From contig JASMKR010000006.1 in the NCBI GenBank assembly GCA_030749075.1, positions 3,029-67,028 of the forward strand: a DNA stretch of 64,000 nucleotides. The letters run 5' to 3'. Below the pieces are notes generated by a model. The model did no database searches. It saw nothing but the letters and a program-made list of their open reading frames with translations, and was not told where the DNA came from. Positions 28,736-37,071 of this stretch are shown piece after piece. Position 1 is the stretch's first letter; every line of letters begins with the position of its first letter. The position numbers and the translations under genes are program-made. The DNA comes from Candidatus Thalassarchaeaceae archaeon (GTDB taxonomy: Archaea > Thermoplasmatota > Poseidoniia > Poseidoniales > Thalassarchaeaceae).

Positions 28736-29002
28736 ATGGGCGAGGTCGTGATCAAGTACAAAGTCACCCTCGACCAGCCAGAGGGGGATGGTCCGAACTA
28801 CGAAGCAATCGCCGATCGAATCTCCGCTTTCAAGGAGGTCCAGGCCGTCGAGATCAAGCCCCTTGCCTTCGGTATGATGTTCGTCGAGGTCCAAGTGGTC
28901 CTGAGCGAGGGAGACGGCATCGTCGACGAATTCGAAGACAGGGTGAGGGAGTCTGACGAACTCATCGGCCAGATCGAGGCCTTAGAGATGGGGCGCCTGT
29001 AA
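28736..29002 (+). CDS. ef1b: Translation elongation factor 1-beta
   Basis: MGEVVIKYKV...EIKPLAFGM...; GAGGTGA SD sequence; 88 aa. Confidence 0.9.
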   Translation: MGEVVIKYKVTLDQPEGDGPNYEAIADRISAFKEVQAVEIKPLAFGMMFVEVQVVLSEGDGIVDEFEDRVRESDELIGQIEALEMGRL

Positions 29003-30397
29003 TCAGTAGTGATCCAGGGGCGACCTCATGAACTCCCGCATCAGCACCGTTGCATAGGTACCCGGGGGCAGGGTGAAACGCATTCGCAGGCAAGCCCCAT
29101 CGGGGTGCCACCTCTCGCCTTCGCTCGGTCCCAAGGACCAGCGCTCGAACAGCGAATCGGGAGCTTCGGGGGCCTGCTCGACACTGAGGTCCCTGAATGG
29201 TACCGAGAGCGCCCTCCTGGTACCTGAGGTCGTTAGCCGCGGAATTCGTGGAACCGTCCACTTGAAGTCGGCCAAGCCGGTGTCTTCCAATGCACCCTGC
29301 TCGCACTCGCCAGGCCCCTCGGTGGCATATGGCGCCTCCCTCCCAGGCAGGGGACCCGTTACGGCTAGCCTGCCCATGCCACAATTCCTCTTGCAACGCT
29401 CCAGATTGGACTCTCCGACAGAGGCCATCTTGCCCACATCGATGCGGCCGTTGGGCAGGAGTGGTGCGACGAGGTCGCCCACGACCGGTTCGGTTATGGG
29501 CAATCCTGCCTCCAGCCTAGATGATAGGGAGTGGTTGAAGGCGAGGGACTGGATCGAGTGGACCATCAGTAGCTGGAGGGATTTCGGCAGGGTTCGGAAG
29601 GCACCGAGGTAATCGTCCGGGCTCTCCAGCAGGTGCTCGAGCATCGCTCGCTCGTAACCAAGTCGGCTCGGGGCGATCTCGAGGCAGGAGGCTGAGTCCC
29701 TAGACTCCCTCCAAGCCTTCCTGAAATTCGCCGATTCCTCCATCTCTCTCGTGGCCTCCATCCCCACGTAGAGGTCCACCGCGCGCTCGAAGTCCCCCTC
29801 AATGACCGCGCGCCCGACCTCCGGGGTGACTGGCCTGGTCGACCCAAACCTCTGGGGGCCTATCCAGTTGGGGAATGCATCGCAGCCTATCGACTCGGCC
29901 AGCCCCTCCCGTATCTCGTGAACCCTCCTCATCGCCTCCTTGGCATCGATGGGCTTGCCCGAGGCGTCGCAGCAGCCCCTAACCGTGATGGTGAATCGAT
30001 TGCCGTCGTGGTCCCCCATGCCGACCTTGTGATGGGTTCGTCCGAGAACCTCGATAACGGTGTCAGGTATCTCGACGTCCGCCACCTTGCTCCGATGGGC
30101 GTCGATGACGAGTATCTGGGTAGTGATAGCTCGTTTATCCTTCATCCCAGAACTGAAAATACGGTTCCTGTTGATCCTACAGGCCCTGGCCAATCTCCTA
30201 AGGAATCGATTGGTCTCCCAGTTGGTCAGGGTGACCCTAGCAACCGTGAAGCGGCCCCTCGGGTCCAAGGCTGGGGTCTTGGAGATCTCCTCAACCCGGA
30301 AGTCCTCGACCCTGGCCTTGAGCAGCCCGCCGATTCCCTCGGAAGGCACGGGCCAACCGGACAGGCCTAATCTTTCCTCGACGGGGTGCTCGGTCAC
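29003..30397 (-). CDS. truD: tRNA pseudouridine(13) synthase TruD
   Basis: EDFRVEE, SGMKDKRAITTQ, GNRFTITVR, PNWIGPQRFG, FTLPPGTYAT. Confidence 0.93.
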   Translation of the reverse strand: MTEHPVEERLGLSGWPVPSEGIGGLLKARVEDFRVEEISKTPALDPRGRFTVARVTLTNWETNRFLRRLARACRINRNRIFSSGMKDKRAITTQILVIDAHRSKVADVEIPDTVIEVLGRTHHKVGMGDHDGNRFTITVRGCCDASGKPIDAKEAMRRVHEIREGLAESIGCDAFPNWIGPQRFGSTRPVTPEVGRAVIEGDFERAVDLYVGMEATREMEESANFRKAWRESRDSASCLEIAPSRLGYERAMLEHLLESPDDYLGAFRTLPKSLQLLMVHSIQSLAFNHSLSSRLEAGLPITEPVVGDLVAPLLPNGRIDVGKMASVGESNLERCKRNCGMGRLAVTGPLPGREAPYATEGPGECEQGALEDTGLADFKWTVPRIPRLTTSGTRRALSVPFRDLSVEQAPEAPDSLFERWSLGPSEGERWHPDGACLRMRFTLPPGTYATVLMREFMRSPLDHY

Positions 30398-30409
30398 GAG
30401 CCCATCGCC

Positions 30410-30667
30410 TCAGAGCTTGATGCTGGAGAACTCCTTCGATATCGCAGAGCAGATGTCCTTGAGGATTTTAGAGGCCTTCTTGCCCTTTGTCGCCCTGACA
30501 TAGATCTCTGGATCGTCGAGATCGGGATGGTTCTGGAAGTAGTTAGCATACTCCACATCGTCCATGTCATTCAGGCGGGATCGAAACATCTGGAGTGTCG
30601 TATGGGTCCCGCCGATGATTCGCAGTCTGAGCTCGCGGCCCTCGTTCTTCAATACTTTGACGGGCAT
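30410..30667 (-). CDS. rpoL: RNA polymerase subunit L (Rpo11)
   Basis: GGTHTTLQ...DVEYANYFQNHP; 85 aa. Confidence 0.88.
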   Translation of the reverse strand: MPVKVLKNEGRELRLRIIGGTHTTLQMFRSRLNDMDDVEYANYFQNHPDLDDPEIYVRATKGKKASKILKDICSAISKEFSSIKL

Positions 30668-30778
30668 GGAACAGGCGCTCGACCAGCGTCCCCCTTTTCA
30701 GGCCTTGCATGTCAAAGCCTAGGTGGTCGTCCCACAAAGCCACCCTAAGTTTTACAACGTGAGGTTTTGGGGACCTCG

Positions 30779-33358
30779 ATGGCAGGCAGTGATGCCACGA
30801 CTGATCGCATCGCCGACGCCTTCGAGAGGCTCTCTGTACCAATTCTGTTAGTCAGCCTGATGCTTACCGCTTTCCTAGCATCGGCCCTGATTCCGCTCCC
30901 CGCCTTCACCACCGACCTCTCTTCCTTCGCTCCCGAAACTGATGCTGACGAAGCTCAGGGGCGAATCCAAGGGACCATCGGTGCCTCAACCCACCTTATG
31001 TACGTCAACGTCAAGCCCGCTGTCGAGGAGGGCAGCGAAGAGTTCCTGCCCAACGTCCTCGAGATGAGGGCCCTCCACCAGCTCTCCGAGGACCACAGCA
31101 GGATTCAGGCCTATTCGGACGAGAACGGGGGCTTCGTGGTCTCTCAGCTAAACGCTGCGGAGATTCTCCAACGGGCCCTGGAGGAGAGGGGGTACTCGGG
31201 AACCCTATCCGACTTCAGTGATTGGCGACAGATGCTCGAGGAGATTACCGGCGGGGAGGAGTGCGAGGATGCCCTTGGCAGTGGCGAGAGGGCCGTCGCG
31301 ACTGCCTCCTTCGCCTCCTCGGCGATGCTGCATAGCGACCTCGATTACGAGCCGGTATGCGACTGGCTCGACACCGGGGAGGGAAACCCCACCCCTACTG
31401 CTAGCAGCACCCTGTGGCTGATTGAGATGTCGGGCGACATCAGCATCGAGGACAGGCTGGCTCACGCCAGTGCGATCCGGACCATGCTGACCAGCGATCC
31501 CGATGCCGGCGAAGCGGTGCTCGAATACGGAGTCATCTCTGACGACCTGATCAGCAATGACATCAACGAGTCAACCCTGGACAACCTAGTCTGGCTGATT
31601 TTCCTCGCTGTTATTGTCGTTGTCATCCTGCTGGCCCTATCGTTCAGATCCATCACGATGGTCGCTGCCCCACTAACAGCTCTGCTGGCCGCGCTCGTTT
31701 GGACCTACGGGGCGATTGCACTCTCTGGGATGCGCTTCTCCATACTGGAGATCGCGGTAGCCCCAGTCGTACTTGGACTCGGGATCGACTACTCCATCCA
31801 CCTCCAACGCGGCTACGAGAAGGCCAAGGATGACTCAGAAAGTGCCGCTGAGGCATGGGCGAAGGCATTAATGGACCTGCGAATGGCACTATCCCTGGCC
31901 GTGGTGACAACGGTATTCGCATTCCTCTCGAACTCATTCTCCCCATTGCCCCCGCTCCGCACATTCGGACTGGCCCTCGCTCTGGGAGTGACCTCGGCCT
32001 TCGTCGCCAGCACGGTGACGGTTGGGGCCATGCACGTGGTGGTCGAGAGGACTACAGGGGCCTCGACGAACAGGGGCCTCGAGCTGGACGCTCTGGCCAA
32101 TGCGGCGACGGAGTTCCAGCGGGGCAACGCGCCGTTGGTGCTCCTCACCGTGGCGATTTTCACCGCAGGATCGATCGTCGTGGCCCAACAGGGACTGGAA
32201 ACCAGTTTCGATCTCTCTGACTTCCTATCTGACGACGAGATGGAGGTTATGAAGGTCCGCAACGACCTCTATGACTCGTACGAGGTCAATGCCCTCAAGT
32301 CGGTCTACATCCTGATTGAACCATCGGAAGGCGAGGCTTCGTTCAGCAACGAGGGGGACCTGCTAGACGCTATGAGGGGGGTCGAGGACTCCTTGTTGAG
32401 AATCCCGGGCGTGGTCGTTACCGAGGCCCCCGGAACGAGCAACGAATGGGCTTCGTACGACAGCATCTACAGAATCCTAGGTGATGCCATCGAACAGGAC
32501 GAGGGCTTTGGCCAAACTCACAATTTGGAGGCGTTCGGGGAGGACGTGGCAACGACTGCGGACTTCCGGGAGGGAGATCTAGCTCTGGCCATAGCAGCCC
32601 TCCAATCCAACGAAAGCGTGGGGGAGCCGCTGAGGGGCCTCACATGGGCGGAGCGAACCGACCAGCACGTCGCACTGACTGAGGACGGGGGGTCTATCCG
32701 CTACCTCAAGATCAGGATCGACGTCGAGGCCGAGACCAGCGCTATGGTGTACGAGATCGTGACCGAGCTCGACGCCGAGGCCGCGATTATCTCCGTAGAC
32801 ACCGGTGGCAAGGCGTACGTGGTCGGCGACCTCGTAGTGCTCTCGAACGTCCTCTCGGGACTCATCTCCTCGATCATCAGCTCCACTGCCATCAGCCTAG
32901 CGGTCTCGATGCTGGTCCTGACCATGCTCACTCGCAGGTTCGGGCAATCCCTGCTGGTGATACTGCCCGTCGGCCTAGCTGGCTCTTGGGTGGTCGGGGC
33001 GATGGCAGTTCTCGATATCAACTGGAACGTCCTGACCATCATGATTACCGCCCTCACCATCGGACTGGGGATCGACTACTCGATTCACGTGTGGCGTCGG
33101 TTCGAGGCGAACCGCAAAGCGGGAATGGCGATATGGCCGGCGATGAGGGACATGTACGCTAACACCGGTGCAGCCCTGCTCATGTCCGCTGGAACAACTA
33201 TCTGCGGCTTCTTGGTGCTGATGCTCTCCCCGGTCCCGGTCATCAGGGACTTCGGTATGGTCAGCTCGATATCGGTGGCCTTCTCCCTAGTGCTCGCCCT
33301 CCTAGTCCTCCCCGGACTTCTCGCGGCCGAGGTCAGGACCGGCGGCAACGGTGATTGA
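30779..33358 (+). CDS. MMPL/RND-family transporter
   Basis: Two GLGIDYSIH motifs, LAVVTTVFAF and SAGTTICGF. ATG at 30779 preferred as start. Confidence 0.9.
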   Translation: MAGSDATTDRIADAFERLSVPILLVSLMLTAFLASALIPLPAFTTDLSSFAPETDADEAQGRIQGTIGASTHLMYVNVKPAVEEGSEEFLPNVLEMRALHQLSEDHSRIQAYSDENGGFVVSQLNAAEILQRALEERGYSGTLSDFSDWRQMLEEITGGEECEDALGSGERAVATASFASSAMLHSDLDYEPVCDWLDTGEGNPTPTASSTLWLIEMSGDISIEDRLAHASAIRTMLTSDPDAGEAVLEYGVISDDLISNDINESTLDNLVWLIFLAVIVVVILLALSFRSITMVAAPLTALLAALVWTYGAIALSGMRFSILEIAVAPVVLGLGIDYSIHLQRGYEKAKDDSESAAEAWAKALMDLRMALSLAVVTTVFAFLSNSFSPLPPLRTFGLALALGVTSAFVASTVTVGAMHVVVERTTGASTNRGLELDALANAATEFQRGNAPLVLLTVAIFTAGSIVVAQQGLETSFDLSDFLSDDEMEVMKVRNDLYDSYEVNALKSVYILIEPSEGEASFSNEGDLLDAMRGVEDSLLRIPGVVVTEAPGTSNEWASYDSIYRILGDAIEQDEGFGQTHNLEAFGEDVATTADFREGDLALAIAALQSNESVGEPLRGLTWAERTDQHVALTEDGGSIRYLKIRIDVEAETSAMVYEIVTELDAEAAIISVDTGGKAYVVGDLVVLSNVLSGLISSIISSTAISLAVSMLVLTMLTRRFGQSLLVILPVGLAGSWVVGAMAVLDINWNVLTIMITALTIGLGIDYSIHVWRRFEANRKAGMAIWPAMRDMYANTGAALLMSAGTTICGFLVLMLSPVPVIRDFGMVSSISVAFSLVLALLVLPGLLAAEVRTGGNGD

Positions 33359-33949
33359 TCAGGACTCAACGATCTCGATGACCTCGTGCATATCTAGACT
33401 CTGCTCGCGTGCCAGCAGGGCGATTGCCATCCACAGCGTGACGGGGCCTAGGGCCTTGCGCTTCCTCTGAGCGCGGCGCACCACCTCCCTCTGGTCCAAT
33501 CCTGACTTTCTAGCGACGTGCGCAATCAGGGTCTGAATGCTTTCCTCCGCTCGGCCTGAGGGGTGGCGCGATCGCTCTGTGTGTCGCTCCGGCTCGTCTG
33601 GCGGGGGGATTATCGGTTCGGACTGCGCCGGTTCGGACGAAACGCTCGGGGAGGGGGGTGCAAATGAGGGGATGGTCGCGAAGCTGCCGGAGGATGGCTG
33701 CCAACCCAAATCCGGAGGCATTAGTTCGATGCGGGGGTTGGGCTTCAGAGATTCCTCGTTCCCAATGAGCCACCCCGACTCGTGGAGCCGGTCCGCAATG
33801 CTAATGGAGTCCTCTGGAGAGAACCACTGCAGCTCCAGAGACCACATCCTAGCCAAATCAGGCTTGCTTACTCCCATATTGAATGTCCCGTGGAAACTGG
33901 AATGGAGTAGTCTCACTATCTCATCGGCCCTGAGATCGCTCATCGCCAT
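33359..33949 (-). CDS. DUF2240-family archaeal protein
   Basis: WSLELQWFSPEDS N-terminal block and VARKSGLDQREV...AIALLAREQSLD C-terminal block. Start trimmed to ATG 33949 (or 33943). Confidence 0.7.
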   Translation of the reverse strand: MAMSDLRADEIVRLLHSSFHGTFNMGVSKPDLARMWSLELQWFSPEDSISIADRLHESGWLIGNEESLKPNPRIELMPPDLGWQPSSGSFATIPSFAPPSPSVSSEPAQSEPIIPPPDEPERHTERSRHPSGRAEESIQTLIAHVARKSGLDQREVVRRAQRKRKALGPVTLWMAIALLAREQSLDMHEVIEIVES

Positions 33950-34052
33950 GCCTCTACCTGAGAGTAGGTGTGCGATGCTTGATTCTTGCCATCGGCCCGG
34001 ACGCGAACGCGTTTGGTTGAAGTGTGACGGGGGCATCCGGGGGCGATTCACG

Positions 34053-35282
34053 ATGGCGAGGGAGTACGTCGCACGCGACCCGCGGACTGGCAGGCAGATT
34101 CGCAGTGGACGGCGGGGCAAAACCGCTAAGGATAGGATAAGAGGCCTATCACCGAGCCCCGGACCATGGCAGAGTCTTCAGTTTTCGGATATCGTCCCTC
34201 TGGCCAGAGGGCGGGTCAGCAAGGTCGAGGTCCCTACTAACGAAGGTAAGTGGACGCTCGGAAGGATAGATGCCATCAAGGCCCTTCACAAGGTTCTGGA
34301 GAAGGACGTAGAAGAGGCGCACGAAGCCCTTATCGAGGCCTTGGACGATGACTACCCAGATGTGAGGATCGCGGGACTGAAGTCTCTGCCTTCGTTCGCG
34401 CTCAGAAGGCAGGGCACACTCTTCCAATGCCTCTCCGACAGGCTGCTGGATGAACAGGGGGCAGTCAGGGATGAGGCTCGCATATGCCTCAAGAGGATTG
34501 CGTCTATATTCCCATCGGGATGCGAGGGCATCCTCCGCAGGGAACTCAGGGACGACAGGAAGGAGCATCGAGACAACGCCTTCGAATCCCTCCTGCTAGC
34601 GTCTAGGGAATGGCCGGAGGTCGGGTGCCTGCACTTGGACGAGCTGATCAGGGAGGAAGATGTGGACCTGCGGATCAGGGGCTCCAAGATTCTAAGGACA
34701 ATCGCCACCAAGGGCGGCGCAGAGGCTTGGGATCTGATTGGATGGTCCCTCCAAGACGAAGAGGTGCGAGTCCGCAGAAACGCCGCGCGGACCCTGACTG
34801 CCCTAGCCGACGTAGAGCCTCGAATAGCGACCGTTCTTGTTGAAGCGAACATAGAGGAGAGAGATCGATCGATAAGGGACTCCGTCATCAGGGCGCTGAA
34901 GAAGCTCGACATGCAGAGTCCGAAGGTGGCTCGGATGGTCATCCGAGGCGCGAGGGACGATGACGTTGAGATGCGCAGGGCATGCATAGGCCAACTCGTC
35001 ATCATACTGACAGGACAGGAACTTCGAGAGGCCGCCTCGGATCTGTTGAGGACCGAGCGCGATCCGGGGCTGCGGAAGCGGCTGGAAGCCCTGTCCGCGG
35101 ACCTCGACTTCGAGGGTACTGAGGAGGAGAAGAACAAGGCACTAGCCCCATTGGACAAGGTCGTGGTTCTGCTTCCGGAACTGGAGGAAGATTTGCCCAG
35201 GAACTCAGAATCGGGGCCCGATGACTTGCGTGAGGATGATAAACGGGATTCAGGTCGGCCGCCCAGCGAGGTCAATAGATGA
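34053..35282 (+). CDS. HEAT-repeat protein
   Basis: Repeated LxDxxxxVRxxA units (ALDDDYPDVRIAG, LLDEQGAVRDEA, LQDEEVRVRRNA, ARDDDVEMRRAC); basic N-terminus. Start trimmed to ATG 34053. Confidence 0.82.
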   Translation: MAREYVARDPRTGRQIRSGRRGKTAKDRIRGLSPSPGPWQSLQFSDIVPLARGRVSKVEVPTNEGKWTLGRIDAIKALHKVLEKDVEEAHEALIEALDDDYPDVRIAGLKSLPSFALRRQGTLFQCLSDRLLDEQGAVRDEARICLKRIASIFPSGCEGILRRELRDDRKEHRDNAFESLLLASREWPEVGCLHLDELIREEDVDLRIRGSKILRTIATKGGAEAWDLIGWSLQDEEVRVRRNAARTLTALADVEPRIATVLVEANIEERDRSIRDSVIRALKKLDMQSPKVARMVIRGARDDDVEMRRACIGQLVIILTGQELREAASDLLRTERDPGLRKRLEALSADLDFEGTEEEKNKALAPLDKVVVLLPELEEDLPRNSESGPDDLREDDKRDSGRPPSEVNR

Positions 35283-35563
35283 GCGACGACTTTGATGAGA
35301 AGCTAGCGCGGTTCGAGAGCCTCTGGGATGGCGAAACCCCCAAGGGACAAAATCGCATCAAGGCGCTGAAGTTTCGTCAGTACATGCGCAACCACGTCAT
35401 GCAGAAGTTCCACAAGCGCCGCAAGGACCAGTGGGCCAACGCAGACAAGGGCCACTACAACCACGGCTTCTCCAGCAAGGACCAGTTCCTGACCAAGGAG
35501 AACTGCAGGAAGTACTGGATGGGCGAGTTGCAGAAGGACATCAGGGACGCAGAGACCTTCTGA
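35279..35563 (+). CDS. Hypothetical 94-aa charged protein
   Basis: ATGA overlap with the HEAT stop codon, GAGGT SD-like sequence, genome-typical codon use, ends 9 nt before the helicase. Confidence 0.75.
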   Translation: MSDDFDEKLARFESLWDGETPKGQNRIKALKFRQYMRNHVMQKFHKRRKDQWANADKGHYNHGFSSKDQFLTKENCRKYWMGELQKDIRDAETF

Positions 35564-35572
35564 GGCAATCCA

Positions 35573-36985
35573 ATGGCCACTCCATCATTCAGCGACTGGG
35601 ATCTCCAGGCCCCTATCCTCAAGGCCATCAAAGATCTCGGTTGGACCGAACCCACGGAAATACAGGTCGAGTCGCTACCCATAGCCCGCAGGGGCATCGA
35701 CGTAGTCGGCCAGGCGAGGACCGGTTCGGGCAAGACTGCGGCCTTCGGGATACCGATTGTAGAGAACTGTGAGCCGATAGGCTCGCTACAAGCTCTGGTA
35801 CTCTGCCCGACGAGGGAGCTCGCCGTTCAAGTGGCTGCGGAGATTGGGGCACTGCAGGGAGGCAAGGGACTCTCAATCGAGACGGTCTACGGGGGAACCG
35901 ACCTAGAGAAGCAGGCCAGGCACCTGGGAAAGGGGGTCGATGTAATCGTTGGCACCCCCGGACGGGTGATAGACATGAGCAAGCGTGGCCACATTGACCT
36001 GGAAAGAGTCTCGCGCTTCTGCCTTGACGAGGCGGACCGCATGCTCGACATGGGTTTCTTCCCCGATGTCCTATGGGTCCTCGAGCGCATGCCGAACAGG
36101 GAGCAAACCATGCTTTTCAGCGCAACATTCCCCCAGGAGGTCCTCGATGCGGCAGAGGAGTTCACGAACGACCCCGTCCACGTCATGAGCGACGATCTCG
36201 AGGTAGAGGTACCCGAGATCGATCAATTTGCAATCAGAGTAGGCCGCCTCAATAAGATGTGGGCCCTCGGAAGAATCATCGCCAATATGGAGGACGGGGG
36301 GAAAATGCTGATTTTCACCAACACTAAGCGCATGGTCGACATGCTGGCCGAGCGTCTCGAGAGGTTCAGGGTAGGCTCAGCGTCCCTCCATGGTGACATG
36401 GCGCAGAACAAGAGGGAACGGATTCTGGATGGATTCCGCGAAGGCAGGACGAGTGTCCTAATCGCAACCGACGTCGCTGCACGCGGCCTCGACGTCGATG
36501 GCATCACGCATGTAGTCAACTACGACCTTCCAGACGAGGCCGAGAGTTACGTACACAGAATAGGGAGGACCGGAAGGATGGGGCGCAGCGGCCAAGCCTG
36601 GAGTTTCGTGCCACGAGGGGAGCAGGGGATGCTAAACAAAATCTCCAGCACTTGGAACATGAAGATTCCTCTGGTCGATGCGCCTGTGCTACCCGAGGGA
36701 GCCAAGGAGGCGATTCGTCGAAAGGACGACTGGGACGAGTTTTCAGATGGTTTCGGAATGGTACCTGTACGCCTCTCAATCGGGAAGGCCGGAGCCTCAA
36801 AGATGGCCCTAGCCGAATGGATACAAAGGGAAGCCAGAGTACCCGACATTGCCATCGGTGAAATCGTTCTCGGGGACGACGAGGCCATAGTCGAAATCCA
36901 CGTGAAGAAGGCATCCTACGTCATAGAAGTCCTCAAGTCCAGGAAGTTCAGAGGACGTGCCCTTAGGCCCGTCATCGCCACTTGA
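35573..36985 (+). CDS. DEAD-box RNA helicase with C-terminal DbpA-type RNA-binding domain
   Basis: Q motif, ARTGSGKT, PTRELA, TPGR, DEAD, SAT, ARGLD, HRIGRTGR. Confidence 0.95.
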   Translation: MATPSFSDWDLQAPILKAIKDLGWTEPTEIQVESLPIARRGIDVVGQARTGSGKTAAFGIPIVENCEPIGSLQALVLCPTRELAVQVAAEIGALQGGKGLSIETVYGGTDLEKQARHLGKGVDVIVGTPGRVIDMSKRGHIDLERVSRFCLDEADRMLDMGFFPDVLWVLERMPNREQTMLFSATFPQEVLDAAEEFTNDPVHVMSDDLEVEVPEIDQFAIRVGRLNKMWALGRIIANMEDGGKMLIFTNTKRMVDMLAERLERFRVGSASLHGDMAQNKRERILDGFREGRTSVLIATDVAARGLDVDGITHVVNYDLPDEAESYVHRIGRTGRMGRSGQAWSFVPRGEQGMLNKISSTWNMKIPLVDAPVLPEGAKEAIRRKDDWDEFSDGFGMVPVRLSIGKAGASKMALAEWIQREARVPDIAIGEIVLGDDEAIVEIHVKKASYVIEVLKSRKFRGRALRPVIAT

Positions 36986-37071
36986 GCACTACATGCCTGA
37001 TACTCTCGTGCCAGAGCGACGGGGGGCTCTGCCTCCGCATTGTAAATATATCCGGACTAACAAGGGGCTTC

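Noticed and set aside
28278-28736. 152-aa + strand ORF upstream of ef1b
   Set aside because: It overlaps the cupin gene and the real 55-aa Zn-finger gene in another frame and has no recognisable motifs.
33537-34120. Long head-to-head overlap of the HEAT and DUF2240 ORFs
   Set aside because: It is an artefact of longest-ORF starts; the likely starts (33949 and 34053) are divergent and do not overlap.
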